Origin: Octopus vulgaris
Taxonomy: Eukaryota
Direction of reading: 5' to 3'
Assembly (NCBI GenBank): GCA_951406725.2
Contig: OX597829.1
Coordinates: 17,794,001 to 17,858,000, forward strand
Length of the DNA: 64,000 bases
The notes under the pieces were generated by a model that ran no database searches, was not told the origin of the DNA, and was given only the letters and a program-made list of their open reading frames with translations. The position numbers and the translations under genes were made by a program. Below are positions 13,252-26,849 of this stretch, in pieces (the stretch's first letter is position 1; each line of letters starts with the position of its first letter).

Positions 13252-13683
13252 ATGTGTCCGAGAGTGTGTGTATTTGTGTGTGTGTGTATACCAGTACATA
13301 AGTTTGTGCTAGTATAATCTCTCATGCAGAAAGAATGACGAATGGTGACACATGGTCCAAGGCACCATTTGGCGTCTCCTTCCCCCCAAATCTGAAATTA
13401 GAAAACGTAGAGATGTAGGTGACAATTCTGCTTTGAAGACGCGATGGAGCGGCAGATAAATCTGAAAAGAACATTACCGAAATAGGTAGGGACATCTGTC
13501 TATTAACAAGACCTCCTGGAGGAGACGCTGCGCTAGAGACAACTGGTTCAGAGGAAGAGTCATATTTACCGTACGAATGCCAGTGTTCTCTCGTATGTAC
13601 ATGCATGCATGCATGCATACATACATACATACATACATACATACATGCATGCATGCATGCATACATACATGCATACACGCACG

Positions 13684-13755
<72 letters not shown>

Positions 13756-13761
13756 CATATA

Positions 13762-14185
13762 GGCGCAGGAGTGGCTGTGTGGTAAGTAGCTTGCTAACCA
13801 ACCACATGTTTCTGGGTTCAGTCCCACTGCGTGACATCTTGGGCAAGTGTCTGTCTTCTGCTATAGCCCCGGGCCGACCAATGCCTTGTGAGTGGATTTG
13901 GTAGACGGAGGCTGGAAGAGCGCCTGTCGTATATGTGTATATATATATATATGTGTGTATGTGTGTGTGTGTTTGTGTGTCTGTGTTTGTCCCCCTAGCA
14001 TTGCTTGACAACCGATGCTGGTGTGTTTACGTCCCCGTCACTTAGCGGTTCGGCAAAAGAGACCGATAGAATAAGTACTGGGCTTACAAAGAATAAGTCT
14101 CAGGGTCGATTTGCTCGACTAAAGGCGGTGCTCCAGCATGGCCGCAGTCAAATGACTGAAACAAGTAAAAGAGTAAAAAAGAGTA
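13762..14185 (+). mobile_element. tRNA-SINE family B, full length, with internal (TA)/(TG) tract
   Basis: Head GGCGCAGGAGTGGCTGTGTGGTAAG, B box GGGTTCAGTCCC, TTGGGCAAGTGTC, tail GACTGAAACAAGTAAAAGAG. Other copies at about 11350-11500, 20028-20192(-), 22012-22390, 34704-34860, 41190-41480(-), 44357-44545, 46636-46780(-). Confidence 0.9.
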
Positions 14186-14317
14186 TATATATATGAAAGG
14201 TATTGTATTAATTGATGGTCGATATACGTAGAAACCTAGAAACCGAGAAACCTACATCCTATTAGTACATATAAACATAAATATGCTTCTGCACGTGTGA
14301 TACATATATTTGTGTGT

Positions 14318-14449
<132 letters not shown>

Positions 14450-15292
14450 CCTGTTCATCAGACTATCATTTTTCGAGCTCGTTCTCAAAAGTTAAATCTT
14501 CCTTTTAATTATTTACTTTTCCATTGCCGTTCATTCGGTTTGGTAAGCGAACTTCATCAGGCATCTTATTCAGTTTTTCTCATAAACTAATGTTAAAAAC
14601 GGTCTTACAAGCATGTAATATTAAGACGGTGAGCTGGAAGAATCGTTAGCACACTGGTCATAATGCTTAGCGGCATTGTTTCCGACTTTGCGCTCTGAGA
14701 TCAAATGACTCCCCGGCCGGCTTTGTTTTTCATCCAATCTGTGTCGACAAAATAAGTACCAATTTATCACTGGGATCGTTTTAATCGATTTTATCCCCTA
14801 CCCACCACAACTGTTGGCTTTGTTTAAAAATTTAATGCCAATATTAATTGTACAGGTAATGCGACGAACTTATGAATATAATTAGTCTCGGAAAAAAAAA
14901 AACTTTCCGCTCTTTAAGTTAAGAGGACAGATATCTCCGACGTCGTATTTGCCTTTCCTGCAGAGAATATCAAGTATCTCAATAGACTACCGTGTAACTC
15001 CATCCCTTTGAAACTGATATTATTTGCCTAACCTAATAACCAATAAAAATCCTTTAGATTATTTTCATTTATATTTTAGTAAGAAAGCTCATTAATATTG
15101 ATTTCAAATTTTAGCACAAGGCCAACGGTTTTTTTAGGGGAGAGGGTAAGTCAACTCCCTCGACCTCGGTGTTCATCTGATACTTATTTTATTGACCCTG
15201 AAAGGAAGGAAGGCGAATGTCCAGCTAGGTGAATTTTGAATTCAGAAGATAAAGACAAACGAAATATCGCAATGGTTTTTGCCGGCATTTTT

Positions 15293-15612
15293 TTTATTTA
15301 TTTATGTGCCCTTTTTCAAGCCTTGCCAGGCTCATGGGCCCGGTTTCCCGGTTTCTATGGCGTATGTGTCCCCGCCCCCCAGCTGGACAGGACGCCAGTC
15401 AATCGCAGCGTTACCCAAGAAACAGGGAGAAAGAATGAGAGAAAGGTGGGGAGAAAGAGTACAACAGGGGTCGCCACCACCTCCTGCCGGAGCCTCGTGG
15501 AGCTTTTAGGTGTTTTCGCTCAATAAATACACACAACGCCCGGTCTGGGAATCGAAACTGCGATCCTCCGACCGCGAGTCCGCTGCCCTAATCACTGGGC
15601 CATTGCGCCTCC
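15293..15612 (-). mobile_element. tRNA-derived SINE family C (tail type 1)
   Basis: Head GGCGCAATGGCCCAGTGATTAGGGCAGCGGACTCGCGG..TTCGATTCCC; (TAAA)n 3' end. Confidence 0.85.
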
Positions 15613-17281
15613 ACTTTTGCAAGCATGCTTGCGATAAAAGCTGACATATTTCACTACATAAAATATTGAATGTTATCGGTTCGCCCATCGGTTTTGCCGA
15701 CGAGTATTCGCTTGTTCTGTTATGTCCAGTTCATTAAAGAACTCACACGTGGTTGAGTGCGCCCTCAACTTAATCTTAAAATCATTCGGTGCGGCGAAAT
15801 ACATGAAAAGACTGAATCTTTCTAGTACAGGTACAATCCATCCAACGAACTTCATACAGTCTCCCAGTTTCATTGACAAGACACTGTTCGACTTGAAGCT
15901 ATTTTAAACTCTTTCGTCGAAAATGCTTCGCATTGGGATCGAAACCTGGGTTTATGATTACAAACATTGAAGTACGATACATGAACATAAATTTATGATA
16001 CAGTTTTGTTGTTACAGATCTACCGTTGACATAGAATACATGAATGCTTAATTCTGGTAGCGTTAGTTTCAAACCCATGATACCATTTTCGACACATTCA
16101 TTCGATAATTTTGACACATTATCTACAGAATTGCACACGAAAATATATATATTTCTTTACTACTCACAAGGGGCTAAATACAGAGGGGACAAACAAGGAC
16201 AGACAAACGGATTAAGTCGATTACATAGCCTCAAGTGCGTAACTGGTACTTAATTTATCGACCCCGAAAGGATGAAAGGCAAAGTCGACCTCGGCGGTAT
16301 TTGAACTCACACGGAAAAATATATTTCGCTAAGTAATTTACTTAAATGACCATCTTGAAGACCAGACTCATTACAAAGTCTAGATTTTTTACCGAAAAAA
16401 ATAGATAATCTAAATTTGGGGGAAGATTTATTTATAAGGGGTGTTTCTTCAGCAATCGAAAGTACTGAATTAATTTTAGGGCTAATTTTTATTATTTTTT
16501 TATAGACGAAAGTTTGATGCGTTCAGGCGAAAATGTTATATTTTGTTTACAATTAAATTCATTTTAGTCGTCTTCTTGAAACTTTAGGCTACGTCAGAAG
16601 GGGATACTACATAAAGCGTTTTGACATAAATTTACCAAAAATCACAATAAAATTCTATATCTGAGGGGAAATGGAAAATCAAGTGCATATGGTATCTTAG
16701 ATGTATAGCATCTGAGTTACCATATGTATAGCAACCTAGGTTATCTCCCTTGGAATGTGAAGAATAAATTTGCGTTGGTGTTGGCCATTAGATTTTATCC
16801 TTAAGGGTATCTAAAGCATTTCAATGTACTTTTTTGTGTATAGCTCAATGGAATGTCAATAATTGGTTATCTTAGAGGCGTGTCTGTAAGCGGGCACAGA
16901 TGCATGCGTTTGAGAGAAGTATGCTAGGAATGGCCGAGGAAGAAGGTTTATGTAAGAAGAATGTTTAATTTCGTTTTATTGGGAGTTACGATGGTAGCAT
17001 GAATAATATAGGAATGTTGAAGTCCTTTTGATTTCCGTACAATGATTCTGTTGTTTGTGATGGTGCGTAAAACGCGTGTATGTGTAGAAATGGAAAGTAG
17101 AAAATGGAGAATTTGTGCGAGTTCATTTTGTCTTGTGCAGTGGAGCTAAACTGGCATTTGTAGGATTTCACAATTGGGCTGGAGTTCACTCTGGTTTGGA
17201 TTGACTAACGACACTTCAGTTTCGTACATCAGACTTGTTAAGCTGTTCTATCGGTATGGACCATATTGCTCACGTTCGAAA

Positions 17282-17578
17282 GCCCGGTGTGTTTAGAGTG
17301 GGAGGAGGAGAAGTTGAGGTATGAGTGTGAGTCCGTGTGTTTGTAGTGGATGTAGGTGGTGAGAGTGGAGTGAGGAATGCTGACCGAAATGTCAAGAAAG
17401 GAGACAGAGGTGTCAGAGATAGTGCAGGAAAAAGTGGAGGGCAGGATGGAAAGATTTGACAAAAGAGAGGAAGGAGTCTAGATGTTCGCGGGAGAGTGAG
17501 GTTGCACCTATACAAACGGCCGTATAGTTCGGGAGTGGGACCACTGAAACTTCAGAATATTTGGGCCTCAATATACCT
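17282..17578 (-). mobile_element. Penelope-like RT fragment with the catalytic YIDD deleted
   Basis: GYIEAQIF*SFSGPTPELYGR[gap]CIGATSLSREHLDSFLSFVKSFHPALHFSCTISDTSVSFLDISV..LTTYIHYKHTDSHSYLNFSSSH. Confidence 0.85.
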
Positions 17579-17763
17579 ATATATATATATATAGGTGTAT
17601 ATATTTTTTTAAAGCTGCAAACACATCACAGAAATATCACAAAAAACGTATATGTACAAACATACATTCATACATGTATATACATACATTAGCTTACAGA
17701 TATGCATACATACTTACATGTACATATATATGCACATATACACAAACATACACACACCCACAC

Positions 17764-17843
<80 letters not shown>

Positions 17844-18347
17844 AAACACATACATATATACATATATACATATATACATATACACATACACATACATATA
17901 TATATATACATATATACATATACACATACACATAAATATAAACATACATACGCAGATGAAGACATATTCACTTATATTCACGCATCTATACGCGTGAATA
18001 TATAGACACACGTTTTTTCACATATACACATACGCATCCATGCATCCATGCAGATACATATATTTACTTTCACACACTATGATTAAACATATATATTTAT
18101 ATATACGCAAACATTTATATATATATACATAAATACATGCAAAAATATACAGGCAAACATATGCATTTATATACTTATGTATATACATAGATATCTACAC
18201 ACATACATACACTGTCTCAGCTTCAATATTTTTGATAAACCGTTTGTTGAAACGACAAATCAAATTCAAATTTGTATCTGCCAATGTGAATTATATCATA
18301 ACATAAATTATACGTATAACCTAAATTCTTATTCCAGTCTGGATCAC

Positions 18348-18389
18348 AAGTGCCCGAGAAACGGGAACGTGAAACTCTGGGTAGCACTT
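18348..18389 (+). ncRNA. Minimal hammerhead-like motif (G8A)
   Basis: aagtgc-CCGAGAA-ACG(GGAA)CGT-GAA-ACTCTGGGT-A-gcactt; its downstream tail to ~18493 is homologous to 23163-23270 (-). Confidence 0.6.
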
Positions 18390-18549
18390 TTTTGTGATGT
18401 TTTTGCAGCATTAATAATTAAGCATATCATTCTAACTCCTGTATTCGAGTACTATTTTTCCCACCTTGTTTCACATTTATGTGCTTACTCCGGTATATAT
18501 ATGTATATATATATATATCTATACAATATGTTACATTACTCGGTAGTCA

Positions 18550-18612
18550 AGATAAAACTCTGAGTTTCAGATGCCGAAGTGGAAATCCACAACACCATCT
18601 CTTCGGTTATCT
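18550..18612 (-). ncRNA. Type I hammerhead-like motif
   Basis: Reverse complement: agataa-CCGAAGA-GATG...CATC-T-GAA-ACTCAGAGT-T-ttatct. Confidence 0.6.
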
Positions 18613-18716
18613 GGCTATTTGAAAACGTTATGAAAAAATATAGATAAATTTCCTCTATTTACATAATATTGAGGTCTCTTTCTTTCTTTTGTTATCTTAC
18701 CGTTTTATATATGTAT

Positions 18717-18747
<31 letters not shown>

Positions 18748-18769
18748 TAGATAGATAGATAGATAGATT

Positions 18770-18804
<35 letters not shown>

Positions 18805-18847
18805 GGATGGATGGATGGATGGATAGATAGATAGATAGATAGATAAG

Positions 18848-19236
18848 TTTCTTTATTGGCCACACAGGGCTGCACACAGATGGGACAAGTTACAAGGTAG
18901 AGCTTTTCTTTGGGGATGAAAAAAACAAAAAACAAAAGAAACAAAAAAAAGGGGATGGCGTAGAGTGATCGTACAAGGGAAGAAAAGAACAAAAAAAATA
19001 AAAGAAAAAAGAAAAAAGAAAAATAAAAAGAAAAAAGAAAAGGAAAAGGAACAAAACAAAAGAGAAATGAAAAAAGAAGAAACAAGGGGGAAAAAAGAGG
19101 AAGAGGGAAAAAAACGATCAATAGGGATCGTGTTATGATATATGGTGTAAAAGGGAAAGCAAGTAAGGTTTATCCGTGAGAAGAAAAGCCTACGAAAAAG
19201 ACCACGGTAACCTTGGTCAATATTGTTATATGTTAC
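18848..19236 (-). mobile_element. Probable LINE 3' end (Tx1/L1-like UTR) inserted in (GATA)n
   Basis: Non-coding, T-rich on the minus strand, ends TTGTCCCATCTGTGTGCAGCCCTGTGTGGCCAATAAAGAAA; (GATA)n on both sides; family assignment is inference. Confidence 0.55.
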
Positions 19237-19333
<97 letters not shown>

Positions 19334-19905
19334 TATACGTTGGGTAAGATATACAGAATGCTATTGTGAACAAATAATGCTTAAGTCGCTAATAACGAAT
19401 GCGTTTCCGCGCGCGCGTATGTCTTTTAGTTGATTCACCAAGATGAATTACAGAATTCAATACGGAAATATAGAATATTTTTTAATACATTGTAACTGCA
19501 AAGCTCATAACTCTGATACTTCGAGTTTCACGTTTCTGATCATTCTAAGAGAAACCCGACCTGACATTCCCTTGAACTATACACCGTTTGAATACATTTT
19601 GAAATATTATATGAAAATTATGAAGAAAATCTTTTTGTGCTAATGTTTTTATTTATTTTAATGAACACATTGCGAGTGACACGTGCAAAAACCCCTGTTT
19701 CAAACTCGAGTTTTGCATTTCATTCCTCGTTCTCCGGGGAATACTCCAAACGTCTTAAACTTCATACAATCGAGGTCGCTCTAATAACTGTCTCCATGAA
19801 ATTGCGTTGTTATTTCATATTCGAAACTAATATTTTAAAACAATATATGTGTGTATGCGTTTTTATTTTTGTGCTTGCGTGCGTGTATGTATGTATATGT
19901 ACGTA

Positions 19906-19936
<31 letters not shown>

Positions 19937-20190
19937 GACTGATACAAGTAAAAGAGCAAAAGAGTATATATATATATATATGTATGTATGTGTGTGTGTG
20001 TGTGTGTGTATATATACATACATATATACGGCGAGCTTCTTTCAGTTTCCGTCTACCAAATCCACTCACATGGCTTTGGTCGGCCCGAGGGTTTATATTG
20101 AAGACACTAGCCCAAGCTGCCACGCAGTGGAACTGAACCCTGAACCATGTGGCTGGTAAGCAAGCTATTTACCACACAGCCACCCCTGCG

Positions 20191-20350
<160 letters not shown>

Positions 20351-21248
20351 AATGAACATTTGTGTTTAGGAAGTTACTTTTTGAATGGCGGCTTAATGGC
20401 CCTAATATACATTTTAGTCTCATATCTATTGTTTCGTTCTACTTCGGCCCTTATAATATCGACTTGGCAAAACAGTTACCTTCTAATGGAGAGGTCAGCG
20501 AACCGAATAAATTACCCTAAGTGAGGTAAAAATGAAATTTTGGTGGGTAATGAGGATTCATTAGGCTTAAGTAAAATTATATTTTAAAAAAAGTGTTTCT
20601 TGTTACGACAGTAAGTTTTCTTCTGGAATGAGATGGCAGTTAAAAAGTTGCTGCCTTTTGCAACAACCCATCTTTGCGAACAAGGATTTTCCACTCTAAA
20701 GAACATAAAACAAAGCAGTATAATTGCTTGGACCCCGAAGGCTGTATCAAAAATGCTCCAGTTTTTATGTAAATTGTAACAAAAATGATTTAATATCATT
20801 TCTCCAAAACCTAAAGTGAAAATGTCTCTAGAAAAACCCTTTTGTTTCCTAATGAAGATATTAATTTATTTTATCGCATTTGTTTAATACTTTTTATATT
20901 TATAATTGTATTCTCTATATAAATAGATTCAATCAAACTTTTGTATTCAAGGGAATAACGTCGGCGTAACATTTTGGGGTTATTGGTTAAAACAGTTCCC
21001 TGACCACTAATCTAGAGGTTTATTGTCACGGATTCTTCAGTTGCATGATCGCGTTTGGCCAACCGTTTGCTTTTTTTAATTCAGCATTGCAACATTAGAA
21101 CTTCTGATATATAATACCCAAAATTTTTACTAGCTCAAAAACGAACCTTAACGCAGTTTGTTTAATATCTTAGCGTGACAATGCCCTGGCAGAAAATGGT
21201 AATATATTAAATGAATAAATTTCCTGCCAATATCAGTTCTTACTAAGA

Positions 21249-21640
21249 GGGTGAGCTGGCAGAAACGATAGCACGCCGGGCGAAATGCTTAGCGGTATTT
21301 CGTCTGCCGCTACGTTCTGAGTTCAAATTCTGCCGAGGTCGACTTTGTCTTTCATCTTTTCGGGGTCAATAAATTAAGTACCAGTTACGCACTGGGGTCG
21401 ATCTTATCGACTTAATCCGTTTGTCTGTCCTTGCTTGTCCCCTCTATGTTTAGCCCCTTGAGGGCAATACAGAAATAAGAAACGTTAGCACGCCGGGTGA
21501 AATGCTTAGCAGTATTTCGTCTGTCTTTACCTTCTGAGTTCAAATTCCGCTGAGATCGACTTCGCCTTTCGTTCTTTCGGGGTCGATAAATTAAGTACCA
21601 GTTGCGTAATGGGGTCGATCTGCCTAGAGTAGAAAAGAAT
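21249..21640 (+). mobile_element. tRNA-SINE family A dimer
   Basis: Two units joined at GAAATAAGAAACGTTAGCACGCC. Confidence 0.88.
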
Positions 21641-21911
21641 ATTAGATCTTGCTACTAGATAAAATGTTAGATTGTACCTCAAACTTCCTTTTCCTCTTCT
21701 TATGTTGTGCGGTCACAGAGTTTTTTACGTATCTAATATATTATTTCTTAGCGCCTCATTATAGAACCCAACTAACCGTATAAAAGCATTTTTATCAGAA
21801 GATATCAAGGATACACGTTTCCTGTCTGTACGTGTCTATGTACTCAAAGTTATCAGATGGTTTGTGATATGGTTCGAATCTAGTATCATACAATCTCAAG
21901 GTTGTGATGTG

Positions 21912-21980
<69 letters not shown>

Positions 21981-22415
21981 CATACGTCGATACATATATA
22001 TATATATATAGTCGCAGGCCTGGCTGTGTGGTAAGAAGCTTGCCTCCCAACCACATAGATCCGGGTTCAGTCCCACTGCGTGGCACCTTGAGCAAGTGTC
22101 TTTTACTATAGCCTCGGGTCGACCAAAACTTTGTGAGTGGATTTCGTAGACGGAACTAAAAGAATCCCGTTGTATATATACATATGTATCTATGTGTGTG
22201 TATGCCTTTGTGCCTGTCTTTATTCACCACCACTCCGCTGCTTGAAAACCGGTGTTGGTGTGTTTGCACCGCTGTAACTTAGAGTAACTACCAGGCTTTC
22301 TAAAACTAGTCCTGGGGTCGATTCATTCGGCTAAAGTATTCTTTAAGATGTTGCCCCAGCATGGCCGTATTCAAATGACTGAAAAAATAAAAGATATAAG
22401 ATAAATATATGTATA

Positions 22416-22490
<75 letters not shown>

Positions 22491-22705
22491 ATGTATGATT
22501 GACAAGATACTTCCTTTTATTCTTCATATAGAAGTCACCACCAGCTATTAATAATATTCTCTGAATAAAACTTGAATCTACTCCTTAAGCAGTGTCTATC
22601 AAAAGTTAATATACATCACTAATCTAAAATGTATGTTAATGATATTCTTTGGATGCTTATGATATTACTGTTCAGGAGCCATACTGTAGTAGTTCTCCCT
22701 ATATG

Positions 22706-22755
<50 letters not shown>

Positions 22756-23162
22756 CTCCCTCTCTCTCACTCTTTCTCCCCCCACCCCCATCTCTCTCTC
22801 GCTACCGAAATATCGTTCATATTTTCACCAGTTAACATTCACATACATCACTTATGAATCACTGTTCTACTTGAGATAAATCTGGGACAGAAATAGGACA
22901 AAATTTGGTTCCTATGATAACGAAGAAAAAAATTCTGTAAAAAAAAATGTCATTGAATGTGCTTATATTAATATGAAAATGAATGGAAAACATGACAAAC
23001 ACCAATTCTCTCTCTTTTTCTCTCTCACCTACCTCACTTCCTTTCCCTCACGCTCTGTCTTTTGTTTCCCTAATTTTCTATTGCGCCTTGTAAAAATCTA
23101 ATATACGAATACACACAAAGACAGACACAAACACATACATATATACATATATATGTATGTAT

Positions 23163-23497
23163 ACTGGAGTAAGCACATAGATGTGAAACAAGGTGGAAAA
23201 AAAGAGTACTCAAATACCAGAGGTAGAGCAATATGCTTTATTTAAAAGCAGCAGAAATATAACAAAAGCTGTTACTCAGAGTTTCACGTCCCGTTCGTCG
23301 AACAGTTTTGTTAAAATAGAACAGAAATAACGATATGTTCAAAACCAGTTAAAGAATACACCTTTAACTAATGAAACAAATCCATTTTTAAAGGATTTTA
23401 ACTAGTTTAACTAGTTTTGATCATATCGTTATTTCTGTTCTATGTTTTAAAAAAAAACTGTCCGATGAACGAGAACGTGAAACTCTGAGTAACAGCT
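23163..23497. mobile_element. Inverted PLE-terminus-like structure with two divergent hammerheads
   Basis: Arms ~23267-23352 and ~23407-23497 are reverse complements; motifs at 23269-23305 (-) and 23458-23495 (+). Confidence 0.8.
23458..23495 (+). ncRNA. Minimal type I hammerhead (U4C variant)
   Basis: ctgt-CCGATGA-ACG(AGAA)CGT-GAA-ACTCTGAGT-A-acag. Confidence 0.75.
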
Positions 23498-23643
23498 CGA
23501 TTCCAGGCAGTGACCTGAATAATAATACGGAGATGTACTTGCATAGCAAGTGACTTGATCTGAGATCGTGTGCTGAAACAAAAACAATTGCAGCGTAGAT
23601 GTTTGTAAGCCGTTCAAGAACACACGGAAACCGTTAGTTTCAC

Positions 23644-23835
23644 GGGTCTACTTAAATACAGAGGTCCCGATGCATCTACGTAACGATATGAAGGGGGGGG
23701 GGGTTAGTTTTAGGGTTAGTTTTTAGGGTTAAGGTTAGGGATAGTTTTAGGGTTAGTTAGGGTTAGGATGTCGTTGTACGCCCACCTCCGTATTTAAATA
23801 GTACTGTTAAGGGACCTCTGTATTTAAGTAGTACC
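23644..23835. mobile_element. 192-bp MITE (Merlin-like) with a TTAGGG-like core, nested in a hammerhead-bearing repeat
   Basis: Perfect 21-bp IR CTACTTAAATACAGAGGTCCC (23648-23668 and 23811-23831); GG..CC ends; flanks AGTTTCAC/ACTTTCAT (6/8 TSD); the host repeat is uninterrupted at 40215-40379. Confidence 0.8.
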
Positions 23836-23867
23836 ACTTTCATTTCAACATTAAAATTTCATTTGTG

Positions 23868-23910
23868 TCATAATATTTTCTTCGCTTCGAAACCGCAACC
23901 TGTTCACTGG
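23868..23910 (-). ncRNA. Degenerate hammerhead-like motif with a G3:C8 core
   Basis: Reverse complement: cca-GTGAACA-G-GTTGC(...)GCGAA-GAA-AATATT-A-tga; homolog at 40359-40379 (-) keeps CGAC-GAA-AATATT-T-TGACAAA. Confidence 0.5.
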
Positions 23911-24692
23911 GAAAACTTCACAAAAGTAATGCAGTACGAAGTTTTGTCAGTGATCAGCAAACACACACACACACACATACATACACACACACAACCACAC
24001 ACACGCACGCACACAATCATTGCCTTTCATTTGTGTGTATGTACATCTATGTGTGTGCGCGAGTGTGTCACTGTTGACGTCGCTTGTGCAAATTGTTTGC
24101 GTATATATTGGTTTAGTGGTACAGAGTGTTTGGAAAATGAATAAGGTTCAAGTTTGGAGTACTTGTCAGTAACATTTTTTTCTCCTCGTCTTCTAATGGT
24201 ATTTATCCAACTTTCTGCGCCCTTCTCACACTATCCCACGTTCAATAAATAATAAATTACGTATACATTAATAGAATAAAAAATAATATATTACTTATAC
24301 ATTAACAGAATAATAAATAGTATATTAAATATACGTTAATAGAATAAACTGTTGGTTTTCCTAATAGCGAATTAAAACTTAAAAGAAAAAATGAGAGACT
24401 TTGCAAATGAGAATGGAATACTCCGCAGTGAATGCAATGAATATTTAAATTTGGGAATTGGACGCAGGGAATATTTAAATTTGCGAGAAATAGGAGTTAA
24501 AAGAATTCAAGAAACTTGAGAAATCGAAATTATAGGAAATTTCTTAGAACATGAATTTTCAGTAAGATATTTCCAGTTGGTCAACCCTTTAATAATTGCT
24601 TTCTTTTAGTTCTTTTAGTAATTGTTACATACCTAATAAATAAGTCGCTATCCCCATTATAGTATATATATATATATATATATATATATAAC

Positions 24693-24960
24693 CTCGCGGT
24701 CGCAGGATCGCAGTTTCGATTCCCAGACTGGGCGTTGTGAGTGTTTATTGAGCGAAAACACCTAAAGCTTCACGAGACTCCGGCAGGGGGTGGTGGCGAT
24801 CCCTGCTGTACTCTTTCTCCACAACTTTCTCTCACTCTTTCTTCTGTTGGTCTGCTCGCTTCACCAGCGGGGTGGCATCATTTGAAGGTTAAAACAATGC
24901 GAAGCGCATTGTGACCAGCGATGTGTAGCAACATCTGATAGCCTGGTCGGTCACTGTGAT
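24693..24960 (+). mobile_element. tRNA-derived SINE family C (tail type 2), 5'-truncated
   Basis: Same head and body as 15293-15612 but a different 3' half ending GGTCGGTCACTGTGAT. Confidence 0.82.
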
Positions 24961-26084
24961 ATTTATATATATATACATGAGATAGAGACAGAGACTGAGA
25001 GAGAGAGAAAGAGAGAAAGAGAGACAGACAGACAGACAGACAGAAAGAAAGAAAGCGAAGGTGAGGGATATAGCCAGAGCAAATATGCGTAAATAAAATC
25101 ATGCGGAACAGGTTTACTTGATGTAAGCGAGATTTCATATCACTAAGAGTGCACAACAGCTCAACAGGTTTTGGGTATTATATTTTTATGTCTACATGAA
25201 TTAAACGAGCTGAGAGGATGGTCCACCAAGTTGCCTCATACAGAATATATGAGAATATTATCACAAGTTACTTCATGCGTCGCGCACTCCGGGCGAAATG
25301 CGTAGCCGTATTTCGTCTGCCGTTACGTTCTGAGTTCAAATTCCGCCGAGATCGACTTTGCCATTCATCCTTTCGGAGTCGATTAAATAAGTACCAGTTA
25401 CGTACTGGGGTCGATATAATCGACTTAATCCGTTTGTCTGTCCTTGTTTGTCCCCTCTGTGTTTAGCCCCCTGTGGGTAGTAAAGAAATATATATCTTTC
25501 TCTAAACCTACTGCATAAGCTGCTGTTGAACTGAAGCAATTACACGTGTAACCACAAACATGTGGCTGTTGTTTACATCTCCATCTGTATACGTGCTGTT
25601 ATTGGCCAACACGCATGATATAGAGGGCCTAGCAAAGCTGAAGGGCAACATATATTGCTGGCTACAGCATTTTGAAACGCATCTTAGTTGCTTGTTGAAG
25701 AGAAGATATATATTTCCCAGGAATAATAATAGTATTTGAAAGGTTGTTAAAAATTACTTCAGAATGGTCCTCTAAAGGAATATGAGTTCTGATGCTTAAG
25801 CAGATGCCAGCAACCACATGGTATATAAACAGTTTTGGCCTAGGTAGTAATATTTTAGTAATGTTGAATGAGCGGCGTGGGTGAGTGGCAAGGAGCTTAC
25901 TTCTCAGCCACATGGACGGAAACTGAAAGGAGCCTGGCGTCATATAAATGTATGTGTGTGTGTGTGCGTGTGCGTGTCTATGCACTAAAATATGTATGAA
26001 TATATGCGTACATAAACACATAGACACATACATATTTGTATAGATATCAATACGATAGTACAATCATACATACACACACACATT

Positions 26085-26142
26085 TATGTATGTATGTATG
26101 TGTGTGTATGCATGTATGTGTGTATGTACTTTTGTATGTATG

Positions 26143-26176
<34 letters not shown>

Positions 26177-26362
26177 CGTTTGTATGTATGTATGTATGTA
26201 TGTATGTATGTATGTGTGTATGTATGTATCTATGTATGTATGTATGTACGTTTGTATGTATGTATGCATTTATGTATGTATGTCTGCATGTATGTATGTA
26301 TTTATGCATGCATGCATGTATGTATATATGTATGTATGTATGTATGCATGTATGTATATATG

Positions 26363-26394
<32 letters not shown>

Positions 26395-26410
26395 CATGTA
26401 TGTATATATG

Positions 26411-26444
<34 letters not shown>

Positions 26445-26482
26445 TGTATGTATGTATGTATGTATGTATGTATGCATGCATG
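26085..26482. repeat. (TATG)n degenerate array
   Basis: Directly visible. Confidence 0.95.
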
Positions 26483-26849
26483 TCTCTTTCTTCTGCGTTT
26501 AATAATTTAAGTTCTTTATCTGAAGAAGGAGCATGTTTCTAACAAAGATACAAAATTCCATGTTTGGAATGAAGATAAACGAAAACAATGTCACATTTTA
26601 CACCTGAGAAAAGTCTTCCATAGTTTTACTGTTCCGCTTACAGAATGTATTTGTAATGTGCAAATCAGTTGTTATCTTTTTCTGAAAACCCAAGCTTCCC
26701 AGACTTACAAAACCAATTGCTCCAATTATTATTGGTGTAAATGTAAATGTGTAATCCGAAAGCAGAAGCCGGAGGTTTCAAAGCAGTTGTCTATAGCTAT
26801 CTCCTTTTTCTTTGATTTTCCAAACAGATATTCACGTCAGCAAGGCAGC

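Noticed and set aside
13322-14011. 229-aa ORF (also 34537-35262, 47541-48224, 61485-61979)
   Set aside because: Composite of antisense SINE and microsatellite sequence
14525-14563. tgc-CTGATGA-A-GTTCG..CGAAT-GAA-CG-gca on the minus strand as an active ribozyme
   Set aside because: Helix III and the cleavage triplet are missing; counted only as a relic
15540-15612. tRNA-like sequences (also 51330-51402 and the SINE A/B heads) as tRNA genes
   Set aside because: Continue into SINE bodies and lack a complete cloverleaf
15673-16138. Possible host exon or chromodomain-like LYEVRW peptide
   Set aside because: Stops in all frames, no convincing splice sites or domain match
17200-17235. CTGATGTACGAAAC on the minus strand
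   Set aside because: No helix II or helix I; also A9 mismatch
23700-23767. TTAGGG tracts as a chromosome end or fusion site
   Set aside because: Short, degenerate and enclosed by MITE TIRs
26520-26550. CTGAAGA followed by a hairpin (similar isolated cores near 37160 and 44150)
   Set aside because: No correctly placed GAAA with paired helices
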